Shown piece after piece: positions 1 through 9,759 of a stretch of 64,000 nt of DNA; within the stretch, counting starts at the first letter, position 1; each line of letters begins with the position of its first letter. The position numbers were made by a program, and so were the translations under genes. The DNA is from Clostridia bacterium DTU065 (GTDB lineage Bacteria; Bacillota; DTU065): contig LFSI01000084.1 in the NCBI GenBank assembly GCA_001512545.1, positions 42,522-106,521 on the forward strand. The letters are read 5' to 3'. The notes beneath the pieces were generated by a model that saw only the letters and a program-made list of their open reading frames with translations, made no database searches and had not been told where the DNA came from.

Positions 1-491
1 CCCGTAAACAGCAAAGTAAACACTGCAACTGCAAAGGCTGTGACATACAAGCCCTGGATTAAAGGCAGCACGAAGACGTAAAACGACACGTCCATATGAA
101 AGATGGGATCTTCGATTCCAAAAGGATTGCGCCCAAGAAACCTTGCTACAGTCTGCCAGTTGAGGAGGATGTTGCTGGTAAAGGCAAACGACAAAAGGAC
201 GCCCAAGACGCCGGTCAGCCATTTGCTTACCTTCACCGGCTCCAAACCTTCCTCTTCCCTTTCAGCCTCCCAAGTTTTCCGGACAAACAACCAGTTGATC
301 ATTAGAAACAGATAGATTAGGACAAATGCTACTAGCCCCGGCAAGATTTTGAGACCAAGGATCTTGTAGAAGGAATCGACGTATCCCATACTGTCATGCC
401 AAAGGACGTCTGCAAGAAAATCGGCGCCTAAGACAAAAAACACTGCAAAAACCAGAAAAACACCTAGAACCCAGAGCCAAAGTCTGCGCAT
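1..491 (-). CDS. UPF0182/COG1615-type integral membrane protein, N-terminal portion; the gene runs off the window start
   Basis: Minus-strand translation from the ATG at 491-489 reads MRRLWLWVLGVFLVFAVFFVLGADFLADVLWHDSMGYVDSFYKILGLKILPG... and stays open to position 1. It has several hydrophobic helices. It is absent from the ORF track because no stop lies inside the window. Confidence 0.45.
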   Translation of the reverse strand, partial: MRRLWLWVLGVFLVFAVFFVLGADFLADVLWHDSMGYVDSFYKILGLKILPGLVAFVLIYLFLMINWLFVRKTWEAEREEEGLEPVKVSKWLTGVLGVLLSFAFTSNILLNWQTVARFLGRNPFGIEDPIFHMDVSFYVFVLPLIQGLYVTAFAVAVFTLLFT

Positions 492-502
492 ATCAACACT
501 CC

Positions 503-1366
503 CTAGGCTTTTTTCATCAGTTCCTCGATTTCCTCTCTGCTGAACTCGTACTTCTCACCGCAGAACCGGCATACTGTTTCCACGCTCTGCTGCGTCTCCA
601 AGAGATCGGATAGTTCTTCACGGCCCAAACTGAAAAGGCCCCTTTGGAAGCGTTCCTTGCTGCAGTCGCAGGCAAACTTGAGCGGACGCTCTTCCAGTTT
701 GTTCCATCCCTCAAAAAGGTCGTCCAGAAGGCTCTCTGGGGTTTCTCCCTGATCAAACCGGTGGCTCAAAGAGCCGAGATTCATCAGCTTCTCCTCAAGC
801 TGAATGATGTCTTCCTCAGGCACTCCGGGAAGGACCTGAACCAGAAGGCCTGCTGCAGAGCGCACTTCCCCGGTGGGATCTACCAAAACACCAAGACCCA
901 CCGCTGATGGGACCTGCTCCGAGATCTGCAGGTAATAGGCCAGATCGTCTCCGACCTCTCCGGTTTGAATAGGCACAGTCCCGGTGTAGGGCTCGTAATT
1001 GTCGCGCTCTCTGATCACGTACAGCATACCGCTACCGATTGCTCCACCTACATCGAGCTTGCCCTGGGAGTTTAGTTCCAGCTCGACCTGAGGATTCTCG
1101 CAGTACCCCCTGACGTTCACGTTGCGATCGGCCATAGCCACAATCGGTGACACCGGTCCGTCGCCGCGAAACTGCAGGAGTATTCTTTCTTTGTCCGATT
1201 TAAAAGAACTTGCAAGAAGACCGGCACCAAGGAGCGACCGTCCTAGTGCCGCTGTAGCAGTGTGCGAGAGATTGTGTCTTTTTCTAGCTTCTTCTACTGT
1301 GTCTTTACCTGTGATCGCTGCAATGCGAAACTTTCCGTATGCTAATCCTATTACCAAATGATCCAT
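503..1366 (-). CDS. hslO: Hsp33 redox-regulated chaperone (HslO)
   Basis: 287 aa. The C-terminus carries the paired CxC...CxxC zinc/redox switch (CDCSKERF ... CRFCGEKYEF), and the length fits Hsp33. Confidence 0.85.
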   Translation of the reverse strand: MDHLVIGLAYGKFRIAAITGKDTVEEARKRHNLSHTATAALGRSLLGAGLLASSFKSDKERILLQFRGDGPVSPIVAMADRNVNVRGYCENPQVELELNSQGKLDVGGAIGSGMLYVIRERDNYEPYTGTVPIQTGEVGDDLAYYLQISEQVPSAVGLGVLVDPTGEVRSAAGLLVQVLPGVPEEDIIQLEEKLMNLGSLSHRFDQGETPESLLDDLFEGWNKLEERPLKFACDCSKERFQRGLFSLGREELSDLLETQQSVETVCRFCGEKYEFSREEIEELMKKA

Positions 1367-1370
1367 TGTT

Positions 1371-2258
1371 TCACCATCTATTCAAAATATTTACTTGCCC
1401 CGAGCTGTCCACAATTAACTCGCGGACGTCATCGGGTATAGCTACTGTGCTATCATCGATCACCAAAGTGATTACTTCGGGCTTGCCTAAAAGGACTCTC
1501 AAGGCTTGAGTTCCAGCAGTGGAAACCTCCTGCCCAGACCGTAAAAGCCCACTGCGGATCGTCGTTCCGCTTTCTGTGCGGATCTCATACCAGCAGTCAC
1601 CGCTGGCTTTAAGAACCAAAGTAAAAGTCTTCGGAAGGCTTTCTTCCTGAGTCTCTGGAACCTGTTCTGTTTCTTCTTGGGGCTCTGCCTCTCCGATGTC
1701 AGCTGGGTTCTGGTCGGGCAGCGTTGCATCGGTGGCTAGGTCATCGATGTCGGGCGTTGTCAAGTCAACCGCTTCATCTGTGCTTTCAACAGTTGCCTCC
1801 GGAATGTCCGGTGCTTGATAATCCTCTTCAAAGTCAAAATACCCCAAATAGTCGAGGAGTAATACTGCACCTAAAGCAAGTATGGCAATGATCAAAAGGA
1901 ACCAGAAAACTCTTCTGCCTTTGCGTTCCCTGGGAGCCTTACCTTTTGACGCTACTGTGCTCTGCAGCGTACCATCCCACTTCTTGACAACGGGTCTCCC
2001 CTCTTCGCTACCCTCGGCCTCTGCCGTCTCCAAGAGACTGCGGTACTTCTCCATCACAACATCTTCGTCTAGCCCGATAGTCTTGGCATAAGCTCTGATG
2101 TAGGTGCGAGAGTAAAACTCACCGGGGAGTCTGTGAAACTCTCCGCTTTCAATTGCTTCCAGGTAGTCCAGTCGGATCTTTGTTTCTTTAGAAATCTGCT
2201 CCAGGGTAAAACCCTTAGCCTCACGTTCCTTTTTTAGATACTCCCCAAACTCCCTCAT
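1371..2258 (-). CDS. RodZ-like cytoskeleton protein (XRE-type HTH, transmembrane, C-terminal DUF4115-like domain)
   Basis: The N-terminus is MREFGEYLKKEREAKGFTLEQISKETKIRLDYLEAIESGEF (HTH_25). A single hydrophobic helix (FWFLLIIAILALGAVLLL) and an acidic linker follow. The C-terminus resembles the RodZ beta domain. Confidence 0.6.
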   Translation of the reverse strand: MREFGEYLKKEREAKGFTLEQISKETKIRLDYLEAIESGEFHRLPGEFYSRTYIRAYAKTIGLDEDVVMEKYRSLLETAEAEGSEEGRPVVKKWDGTLQSTVASKGKAPRERKGRRVFWFLLIIAILALGAVLLLDYLGYFDFEEDYQAPDIPEATVESTDEAVDLTTPDIDDLATDATLPDQNPADIGEAEPQEETEQVPETQEESLPKTFTLVLKASGDCWYEIRTESGTTIRSGLLRSGQEVSTAGTQALRVLLGKPEVITLVIDDSTVAIPDDVRELIVDSSGQVNILNRW

Positions 2259-2275
2259 TTCAACTCTCCCCCCTT

Positions 2276-4438
2276 TTAATAGTCGTGCAGTTTTTCATTC
2301 AACTGCTCTTCTGTAACCAAAATCTCCCTGGGCTTGCTCCCTTGGTGCGGTCCGACGATGCCCAAACTCTCCATGATATCGATCAGCCGTGCGGCTCGCG
2401 TGTAACCGATCCTCAGGTGTCTCTGGAGAAAAGAAGCCGAAGCCCTGCCGTTTTCCACCACAATCTGGGCAGCTTGAGGCAGAAGTTCATCTTTGGCGTC
2501 TACTCCCACTCTCTGGGCTTCATCTGCAACCTTCATATCAATATAGTCCGGATCGCCCTGTGCCTTCCAAGCTTCTACAAGTAGTTCTACTTCTTTGTCG
2601 GAAACATAAGCGCCTTGAAGTCTAACCGGTTTGGCGAAGCCTATAGGGTAAAACAGCATATCGCCCTTGCCAAGGAGCCTTTCCGCTCCTCTGGTGTCCA
2701 GGATAATGCTGGAATCGGTGCCTGAAGCAACGGCAAAGGCAATACGCGAGGGAACGTTTGCTTTAATCAGACCGGTAACAACGTCTGTGGAAGGTCTCTG
2801 CGTGGCAACGATGAGGTGCATACCGGCAGCTCGAGCTTTTTGCGACAGCCGGCAGATGGCCTCTTCGACTTCGGCAGAAGCTACCATCATCAAGTCGGCA
2901 AGCTCATCGATGACGATGACGATGTATGGGAGAAGCTCCTTGCCTTCTTTCTTCGCCTTATCGTTGTAACCTTTCAAGTCGCGAACCCTAGCTTCTTCAA
3001 AAGCGATGTAGCGTTCCTCCATCTCCATGACAGCCCAGCGTAAGGCTTTAGCCGCTTCTCTGGGATCTGTAACTACTGGAGTGAGCAAATGAGGCAGCCC
3101 TTCGTAGAGCGCCAGTTCTACCCTTTTCGGGTCCACAAGGAGCAACCGCATCTCCTCAGGTGAAGCTTTGATCAAAAGGCTCGCAAGAATAGCGTTGATG
3201 CAGACGCTCTTCCCCGATCCGGTAGAACCTGCGATGAGCAGGTGAATGAGCTTATCCATGTCGGAGACTACACTCGCTCCACCAATATCTTTTCCAAAAC
3301 CGATGGTGAGCGGCGACTTGCTGCTCAAAAAGGAAGGATTATCCAGAACTTCCTTCAAATATACAGTTCCCGGTGTCTCATTGGGAACTTCAATACCAAC
3401 AGCCCTTTTGCCCGGAATCGGTGCCTCTATACGGACACTTCTCGCAGCAAGGGCCAGCGCTATATCGTCTGCAAGATTCTCAATCTGCTTGACTTTAACC
3501 CCCGCTCCAGGGATAACCTCGTAGCGGGTGATGGTCGGTCCGCAGATGTATCCGGAAATGGTCACGTCCACGTTGAAACTCTTTAGGGTTTTTTCCAGAA
3601 GATCCGAACGATCTTCCTGCACCGTGCTTTCGTCTTTTATGGGATCTAGGAGAATGTCGATGGTGGGACGACCAGTGGGAACTTTGGCAGCAGCGATCTC
3701 ACCTTCATTGACCGCTTTCTTCAGCGTATGCGCTTGGGGCAGTTCTTCAGGTTTGTCCTTGGGAGCTTCACTTTCGTCCTTCCCCTTTAGCATTTTCCTT
3801 TTTCCCTTGAGCTTTGGGGTCTTTTCTTTTACTTTCGGTTCCCGAGGCTTTTTTTCAGACTTTCCTCTTTTCAGCTTACTAAAAAGCGCAGCTCCTAAGG
3901 CCTTCAGCTTATCAATGAGCGGTCTCCGCCCAATGCCGATAATCCCGATAACCATAATCAAGATTAGGGCAATCAGGGTTCCAGTGCGGCCTAAAGCCCA
4001 CCACAGGCCTCCTGTTACAAAAGCCCCTACGTACCCTCCGCCAAACCCATCTCGAGCTGCAGAAAACAGCTCCGCCCAGGGGGTTGCGCCATGAATGGCA
4101 TCTACAGGCAGAAGCCAGTGCCACAAACCCAAAAGGCCTACATACAAAACCACTAAACACTCGGTTCTACCCCTCTGCTGAGCCCAAAAGGATTTAAACA
4201 TCACACCAAAAGAGCCGAGAAGCAGGATGAATGGAAAGATGCCTGCCAGAGAACCGAATGCCAGCTTGAAAAGCTGGTTGAACAAGATGCCGATCTTGCC
4301 ATCAGGCGGGAAGCTGATGTTCCACCAGATGAGGATGGCTAGGGCAACCAGCACAACACTTCCTACTTCTTTTTTTATGTCGTCAAAGATTCCAGGCTTT
4401 TTTTCCTCGGTGTTTTTTTGCCGACGCGCTACTGCCAT
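2276..4438 (-). CDS. ftsK: FtsK/SpoIIIE family DNA translocase
   Basis: 720 aa with N-terminal membrane helices and a Lys/Glu-rich linker. The motor domain has Walker A IAGSTGSGKSVCINAIL and Walker B VIVIDELADLMM. A winged-helix gamma domain sits at the C-terminus. Confidence 0.9.
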   Translation of the reverse strand: MAVARRQKNTEEKKPGIFDDIKKEVGSVVLVALAILIWWNISFPPDGKIGILFNQLFKLAFGSLAGIFPFILLLGSFGVMFKSFWAQQRGRTECLVVLYVGLLGLWHWLLPVDAIHGATPWAELFSAARDGFGGGYVGAFVTGGLWWALGRTGTLIALILIMVIGIIGIGRRPLIDKLKALGAALFSKLKRGKSEKKPREPKVKEKTPKLKGKRKMLKGKDESEAPKDKPEELPQAHTLKKAVNEGEIAAAKVPTGRPTIDILLDPIKDESTVQEDRSDLLEKTLKSFNVDVTISGYICGPTITRYEVIPGAGVKVKQIENLADDIALALAARSVRIEAPIPGKRAVGIEVPNETPGTVYLKEVLDNPSFLSSKSPLTIGFGKDIGGASVVSDMDKLIHLLIAGSTGSGKSVCINAILASLLIKASPEEMRLLLVDPKRVELALYEGLPHLLTPVVTDPREAAKALRWAVMEMEERYIAFEEARVRDLKGYNDKAKKEGKELLPYIVIVIDELADLMMVASAEVEEAICRLSQKARAAGMHLIVATQRPSTDVVTGLIKANVPSRIAFAVASGTDSSIILDTRGAERLLGKGDMLFYPIGFAKPVRLQGAYVSDKEVELLVEAWKAQGDPDYIDMKVADEAQRVGVDAKDELLPQAAQIVVENGRASASFLQRHLRIGYTRAARLIDIMESLGIVGPHQGSKPREILVTEEQLNEKLHDY

Positions 4439-4510
4439 TTAAATTCTCCTCCCAATCCTTGTCCATCTCTTTTTATTTCTCCATTTATTGACAGTAGTCC
4501 TTTCAAATCC

Positions 4511-4543
4511 CTGTAAAAGAAAGAACGGGACTTCTGTCCCGTT
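4511..4543 (-). terminator. Rho-independent terminator after the Na/Pi transporter gene
   Basis: Hairpin AACGGGAC-nnnn-GTCCCGTT at 4524-4543, followed on the minus strand by CTTTCTTTTAC. Confidence 0.5.
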
Positions 4544-6257
4544 ACAAGTCTATCTTACCGATTCTGAGTTCTTCATCTAATACCGGTTCGACGATGTTCA
4601 CCGAATGGTCTCCAATACGTTCGAGATTTCTCAAAACCTCAACGAAAACCACACCTACAAATGGAGAGCACTCTCCAGTATTGACTCTTCTGAGATGAGC
4701 ACGCCTGAGGCTTGTTTCAATGCTGTCGATCTCGTTTTCCATCTGCATGACTTCGCGTGCTAGAGTCCTGTCGTCTCTCCGCAGAGCTTCTACCGAGCGG
4801 TCATACTGTTCCTGCACGGTGTTGAAGAAGTCCTGGAGCCCTTCGGTTGCCTCCTCAGAGAAGTTGATGTTTTCCTCGATGATGTCGTTGGCGTACTGGG
4901 CAAGGTTGTTGCAGTGGTCTGCAACTCTTTCGATGTCGTTGACGATGTTCATGAGTCCTGCCATTTTCGCAGACAGCTGCTTGGTCAAAGAGCTTCGGGA
5001 AAGGATCGCCGACAGGTAGCTGATCACTTCTTTTTGAATGTGGTCAACAACATCTTCTTTGGCGAAGGCATCCTTGATGGCCTGTTTGTCCTTTTCAAAG
5101 AAACCGGCTTTGGCATCTTCCACCATCTCAGAGGCGATTTTGGCCATCCTGAGGATTTCTTTAGAGGCCAAAGTCAATGCCACAGACGGTGTGCCTAGCA
5201 TATGCTTGTCCAGATACTCCGGCGCCATTTGCGGCAGATCGCGGTCTCGTCCTGGTACCAGCACGTTCACTGCCTTCTCCATAAACGGAACAAAGCCAAC
5301 CCAAAGGAGAGTATTGATCAAGTTGAAAGACGTATGGGCATTAGCGATCAAGTGGCCGAAGCCGTCGATTGGAGTAATGGCGTAAACCAGCTTGGTGAAC
5401 CACGGAAGCACCAACATGGCAACTACAGAACCAACCACGTTAAACATCAGGTGAGCCGCTGCAGCTTTTTTTGCTGTGCGGGACGAACCGATAGACGCCA
5501 GGATGGCTGTCACACAAGTTCCGATGTTTGCTCCGAGGATAATGGGCAGCGCGGCATCAAAAGATAAAAGGCCTTGAGTTCCAAGGGCTATTACAAGACC
5601 TGTAGTAGCCGAACTCGATTGAATAATCATGGTCACCAAAATTCCTACTAATAAGGATGCAATGTGAGATCCTTCCAGGGACAGGAACAAATCAGCTAGT
5701 TTGGGGTTTTGCTTAACGACGGAAAACGCATTGCTCATTATACCCAAACCCAAAAAGAGAAGGCCAAATCCCAGGATAGTCTGTCCAATGTGTCTATAAG
5801 TTTTGTTTTTTGCAAGCATAATCAGAATGAAACCGAGTCCTATAGCGGGCAAAGCCCACTCGCCGAGATCTATAGCGATTAACCAAGCCGTCACTGTGGT
5901 ACCAATGTTTGCACCCATGATGACCCCGATAGCTTGCTTTAACGTCATCAGTCCGGCGTTGACAAAGCTCACTACCATCACCGACGTAGCGGAGCTCGAT
6001 TGAATAATTGCCGTAACTGCAGTCCCTACAAGAATTGCCGAGAATGTGTTTCCTGTCAGAACTTCCAGTATGCGGCGCATTCTTTCGCCGGCGGCTCTCT
6101 GCAGACCTTCCCCCATTTGACTCATTCCGTACAGGAAAAGGCCAAGTCCGCCAAACAAACCAAATATTATCGTTTTTGCCACTAGTTCACTGGCGAGAAC
6201 GCCAGATTCACCTCCTGTAGCGCACACTGATTGATAATTTGTTAACAATGCGACCAA
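4542..6257 (-). CDS. Na+/phosphate cotransporter family protein (NptA-like) with C-terminal PhoU-like domains
   Basis: 571 aa. The multi-helix N-terminal half has duplicated QSSSAT motifs (IIQSSSATSVMVV / IIQSSSATTGLVIAL). The C-terminal soluble half is PhoU-like. Confidence 0.8.
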   Translation of the reverse strand: MVALLTNYQSVCATGGESGVLASELVAKTIIFGLFGGLGLFLYGMSQMGEGLQRAAGERMRRILEVLTGNTFSAILVGTAVTAIIQSSSATSVMVVSFVNAGLMTLKQAIGVIMGANIGTTVTAWLIAIDLGEWALPAIGLGFILIMLAKNKTYRHIGQTILGFGLLFLGLGIMSNAFSVVKQNPKLADLFLSLEGSHIASLLVGILVTMIIQSSSATTGLVIALGTQGLLSFDAALPIILGANIGTCVTAILASIGSSRTAKKAAAAHLMFNVVGSVVAMLVLPWFTKLVYAITPIDGFGHLIANAHTSFNLINTLLWVGFVPFMEKAVNVLVPGRDRDLPQMAPEYLDKHMLGTPSVALTLASKEILRMAKIASEMVEDAKAGFFEKDKQAIKDAFAKEDVVDHIQKEVISYLSAILSRSSLTKQLSAKMAGLMNIVNDIERVADHCNNLAQYANDIIEENINFSEEATEGLQDFFNTVQEQYDRSVEALRRDDRTLAREVMQMENEIDSIETSLRRAHLRRVNTGECSPFVGVVFVEVLRNLERIGDHSVNIVEPVLDEELRIGKIDL

Positions 6258-6282
6258 TTAATATGCTTTCGAGCACCGCGCG

Positions 6283-6978
6283 CTAAATCCTTCTTCCAAC
6301 AATGCCAATCTGTCTAGCGGTAGTCTTCTCTCTCCTGTAGGAATGATAGTCTTTAGAACAGATTGTGCACTGATTGGCATGGTAGAGTTTGGAGACAACA
6401 CCTTCTAATATTAACTGATGGAACCGGTCTAAATCAAGGAAAAGCCTGCCGTCGTTTCTGTAGAAGACCTGCCTACTCTCTTTAGGCCAGCTCCCTGCAA
6501 ACTTTTCGTAGAGGTCTTCCTGCACCTCGTAGCAGCAGGGACGGGCCGAAGGTCCGATCGCCGCCACCAACTCCTTCGCACCTGAATCGAGCAGAGTCTT
6601 GGCAGCCTTCAGGGCAATGCCTTTAAGGGCCCCCTGCCATCCTGCATGAACGACCGCAACGTGCTGGCCTTTCAGGTCGGAAAAGATGATCGGCTGGCAG
6701 TCGGCTGTAAATACTCCGCCTAATAAGTTATTCTCCAAAATCAGGCCATCGCCTTCGCCGAGGTTGCCTTTTTTGTCGGCCTTCAGAATCGTACTCCCGT
6801 GGACCTGGCTGGCATAGGCCAGATCCCTTCCGGTTTTCTCCTCAATCCACCTGATGGAGGCTTCATCCTTTGCGTTGCCAAAGTGCCTGGTAGAAAACAG
6901 GTTGAACGCTGGGAAGTTTGCAAACGTTCCGAAAGGTTGTCCGTGAATAAGTTTCAGCTGATAGTAGATCTTGTCCAT
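6283..6978 (-). CDS. pgeF: Peptidoglycan editing factor PgeF / YfiH (DUF152, laccase-domain protein)
   Basis: 231 aa with the family His/Cys motif set: VHGSTIL..., VFTADCQPIIF, VAVVHAGWQG, and CTICSKDYHSYRR at the C-terminus. Confidence 0.75.
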   Translation of the reverse strand: MDKIYYQLKLIHGQPFGTFANFPAFNLFSTRHFGNAKDEASIRWIEEKTGRDLAYASQVHGSTILKADKKGNLGEGDGLILENNLLGGVFTADCQPIIFSDLKGQHVAVVHAGWQGALKGIALKAAKTLLDSGAKELVAAIGPSARPCCYEVQEDLYEKFAGSWPKESRQVFYRNDGRLFLDLDRFHQLILEGVVSKLYHANQCTICSKDYHSYRREKTTARQIGIVGRRI

Positions 6979-7023
6979 ATCAAGGCCGCCTCTTAAAAGA
7001 GGCTTCCCTCCTTTGCTTGAGGG

Positions 7024-7281
7024 TTATTTCAGCAGAAGATTGTTACTCGACGCATCCACCAAAATAACGTCTTTACCTACTGTCTTTATTTTCGTCCAAG
7101 GCACTACTACATCCTCTCGGCGTCTGAAGATTCCCCAGACGGTGTTTGGTCCCGGAACAATCAGCGCCGTGATTTGACCTGTATGCATATCAAGTTCCAA
7201 ATCGATAATCTCGCCAAGCTTCATTCCTGTTGCAGTATCCACAATCTCTTTTTGTCTTAAGTCGTTTAACCTAGTGCCCAC
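7024..7281 (-). CDS. YlmC/YmxH-family sporulation protein (PRC-barrel)
   Basis: 85 aa starting from GTG. MGTRLNDLRQKEIVDTATGMKLGEIIDLELDMHTGQITALIV... matches the YlmC/YmxH pattern. The SD AGGAGGTG lies 7 nt upstream. Confidence 0.75.
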   Translation of the reverse strand: MGTRLNDLRQKEIVDTATGMKLGEIIDLELDMHTGQITALIVPGPNTVWGIFRRREDVVVPWTKIKTVGKDVILVDASSNNLLLK

Positions 7282-7461
7282 CGCTTACACCTCCTCTTTA
7301 GGTTATGCGTTAGTCGGGATTATGGCACAGGTTGGTGAGATTTTGCTCTAACAAAGCCTAAAAGCGGTTTACCAAATGCCTATCTCCTTGATTTTGCTTA
7401 ATCCAGATTCTCCGCACCTCTAAGGATGAATGGACTTCCAGCTGGAAAAAGGTTTTTGGGG

Positions 7462-7499
7462 CAAAAAAAAAGCCGCCTCAAGACCAAGGCCAGAGGCGG
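7462..7499 (-). terminator. Rho-independent terminator of spoIIR
   Basis: GCCGCCTC ... GAGGCGG hairpin followed by a T9 run on the minus strand. It overlaps the spoIIR stop codon. Confidence 0.6.
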
Positions 7500-8092
7500 A
7501 ACTGCTGTAGGAATGCAAGCACTGCATCTAGGGAAGGTGGTTTTTTCATTTCGTTTTGAGCCAGTTTGAAACGGAACTTAACTGGCGGTCCTCCCTCGCC
7601 ATCTACAACTTCGATGGCGTTTTCTCCGGCTTCTATCGAGCAGAGCAGCGGAAACAGAACGCACCACCAGTTCTGCCCGCTTCCTTCGCCGATTATCACC
7701 TTAAGCGAGAGGTACTCTCCACTGGGAAGGATGAGGTTTCCGTAGCTTCTTTCCGGGTAGTCTTCCCTACCCAACTCTATCTTCACCGGATACTTGTATC
7801 CTATGGCTTCAGAAGCTTTCTGCACTAACTCATCTTCGCTACCCTTGATGATCTCCACTACCTTCTCCAGATCCTTTTGTCCTGAAAGCAGCACGTTCAT
7901 CTCAGCCAAGACCGCATCTCGCGCCTGCAGCTTCAGCATTTGGTCTTCGAAGCTGTCTGAGTTGGCCAAAACGTGCAACCTCAAGAACTCCTGCGAGCCA
8001 TCGGCAAAACCCAAAAACAACGGAAAGAGACATACTGCCAAAAAGACCAGTGCCGCCCTTTCCAGTTTCTCTCTCCTGAGGCGCTTTCTCAT
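7478..8092 (-). CDS. spoIIR: Stage II sporulation protein R (SpoIIR), the signal that activates pro-sigma-E processing
   Basis: 204 aa with a signal/TM N-terminus. It carries the conserved RLHVLANSDSFEDQMLKLQARDAVL block typical of SpoIIR. It lies beside spoIIGA-sigE. Confidence 0.75.
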   Translation of the reverse strand: MRKRLRREKLERAALVFLAVCLFPLFLGFADGSQEFLRLHVLANSDSFEDQMLKLQARDAVLAEMNVLLSGQKDLEKVVEIIKGSEDELVQKASEAIGYKYPVKIELGREDYPERSYGNLILPSGEYLSLKVIIGEGSGQNWWCVLFPLLCSIEAGENAIEVVDGEGGPPVKFRFKLAQNEMKKPPSLDAVLAFLQQFRLWPWS

Positions 8093-8883
8093 TGGTTGGT
8101 CGCCTCCCCCTCTGAGTAGTGCAGCTTGAGGTCGAAAAGTGCGGCTTTTTCGAGACGGGAGACCTGGGCTTGGGAGATGCCGATCTCTTCTGCAACTTCC
8201 ATTTGGGTCCTACCTTCAAAAAAGCGCATGCTTAAGATCTTTCGCTCTCTTTCATCTAGTCTATCTATAGCTTCCCTCAAAGAGATCTCTTCAATCCATA
8301 TGCTGTCTTTAGCTTTTTCGTCGTCGATTTGGTCCATTACGAAGATAGGATCTCCACCATCGTGGTAGATCGGTTCAAACAGAGAAATGGGTTCCTGAAT
8401 GGCATCGAGGGCGTAGACGATTTCCTCTCTATCCACGCCGAGGTTTTCGGCGATCTCGCTTAACGAAGGTTCCGTACCTTTTTCTCCTGCCAGCTTGTCC
8501 CTGATCTGCAGAGCTTTATACGCAATATCCCGCAGCGAACGGCTGACTCTAATGGGGTTGTTGTCTCTGAGGTAGCGTCTGATTTCACCGATGATCATTG
8601 GCACTGCATACGTTGAGAAGCGCACGTTCTGCGAGAGATCGAAGTTGTCTATGGCCTTCATTAAGCCGATACAGCCCACCTGAAAGAGATCATCGACGTT
8701 TTCGCCGCGGTTGTTGAAGCGCTGAATGACGCTGAGGACCAGCCTGAGGTTCCCCTGGATCAGCTCTTCTCTTGCAGCTTGATCTCCTTCTTTGACTTTG
8801 GCCAGGAGCATTTTCATTTTCTCGTTTTTTATGACCGGCAGTTCGGCCGTGTTTACTCCGCATATCTCAACTTTATTAATCAT
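8089..8883 (-). CDS. sigG: RNA polymerase sporulation sigma factor SigG
   Basis: From the ATG at 8883 the protein begins MINKVEICGVNTAELPVIKNEKMKMLL...NLRLVLSVIQRFNNRGENVDDLFQVGCIGLMKAIDNFD... This is near-identical in pattern to Bacillus SigG. The SD GGGAGGAAAAG lies 7 nt upstream. The longer tracked ORF (to 8976) reads through the upstream terminator and is rejected. Confidence 0.9.
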   Translation of the reverse strand: MINKVEICGVNTAELPVIKNEKMKMLLAKVKEGDQAAREELIQGNLRLVLSVIQRFNNRGENVDDLFQVGCIGLMKAIDNFDLSQNVRFSTYAVPMIIGEIRRYLRDNNPIRVSRSLRDIAYKALQIRDKLAGEKGTEPSLSEIAENLGVDREEIVYALDAIQEPISLFEPIYHDGGDPIFVMDQIDDEKAKDSIWIEEISLREAIDRLDERERKILSMRFFEGRTQMEVAEEIGISQAQVSRLEKAALFDLKLHYSEGEATNQ

Positions 8884-8952
8884 CTGCTTTTCCTCCCTAC
8901 GGGCCATCTCATAGAAAGTATGGGTGCAAAAGGCTAAAGATATACCCGAAGG

Positions 8953-8990
8953 GGACAAAAAAAACCAAGGCCCCAAAGAGTCGGCCTTGG
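8953..8990 (-). terminator. Rho-independent terminator between sigE and sigG
   Basis: CCAAGGCC-n10-GGCCTTGG hairpin with a T8 tail on the minus strand, immediately after the sigE stop. Confidence 0.65.
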
Positions 8991-8994
8991 TTTT

Positions 8995-9759
8995 TTATTC
9001 GAACTTTTTCAGTTCTCGACGCAGTTTCTTCATAATCCGCTTTTCCAGCCGGGAAATATACGACTGGGAGATACCCATTTTGTCTGCCACTTCTTTTTGA
9101 GTGAGTTCGCGGTCGATGCCGATGCCAAAGCGGAGTGTCACGATCTCCTGCTCTCTGGGTTCGAGCTTCAGGAGGGCAGCTTTCAGCAGATTTTTGTCGG
9201 TTTCTTCCTCCAGAACCTGGTACACGCCGTCGCCTTCAGAGGCGGGAAGAACGTCAAGCCAGGAGAGCTCATTTCCGTCCCAGTCTGTGTTTAGCGGGTC
9301 GTCTAAATAGACCTCTTTTGTCCTTTGGTGCCTCCTGAGAAACATCAAAATTTCGTTTTCGATACATCTAGAGGCATAGGTTGCCAGCTTAATGTTCTTG
9401 CCGATGTCAAAGGTGTTTACGGCCTTTATCAATCCGATGGTGCCGATAGACACCAGATCTTCAATGCCTACACCGGTGTTTTCGAACTTCCTGGCAATAT
9501 ATACCACAAGGCGCAGGTTTCTTTCGATAAGAGTGCTCTTAACCGACGCTTCTCCTGCTTGGAGCTTTTTCAGCAGCACCCGTTCTTCTTCTGGAAGAAG
9601 GGGCGGCGGCAGTACCTCGCTAGAGCCGACGTAAAAGACGTGGCGGCGTCTTTTGAGGAACTGGCTGAGAAAGAGCTTAACATCTAGAAGTGAGAGGCCT
9701 TTCAACTTCCCGAAGAGGGTTTTAAGCCATTTCACGCTGCTCACCTCCAGAGTTTGCAA
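8995..9759 (-). CDS. sigE: Pro-sigma-E (RNA polymerase sporulation sigma factor SigE)
   Basis: The [19 protein letters not shown] pro-sequence junction motif is present. [38 protein letters not shown] follows. The C-terminus is [22 protein letters not shown]. The gene overlaps the spoIIGA 3' end, as in Bacillus and Clostridium. The exact start (ATG at 9759 or an internal GTG) is uncertain. Confidence 0.9.
   Translation of the reverse strand: MQTLEVSSVKWLKTLFGKLKGLSLLDVKLFLSQFLKRRRHVFYVGSSEVLPPPLLPEEERVLLKKLQAGEASVKSTLIERNLRLVVYIARKFENTGVGIEDLVSIGTIGLIKAVNTFDIGKNIKLATYASRCIENEILMFLRRHQRTKEVYLDDPLNTDWDGNELSWLDVLPASEGDGVYQVLEEETDKNLLKAALLKLEPREQEIVTLRFGIGIDRELTQKEVADKMGISQSYISRLEKRIMKKLRRELKKFE

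Noticed and set aside
3528-4094. 188-aa plus-strand ORF inside ftsK
   Set aside because: It is antisense to the FtsK linker region and has a low-complexity Ser/Phe/Leu translation.
8884-8976. N-terminal 31-codon extension of the sigG ORF (MGPWFFLSPSG...)
   Set aside because: It translates straight through the sigE terminator hairpin. The conserved SigG N-terminus MINKVEICGV starts at 8883 with its own SD.
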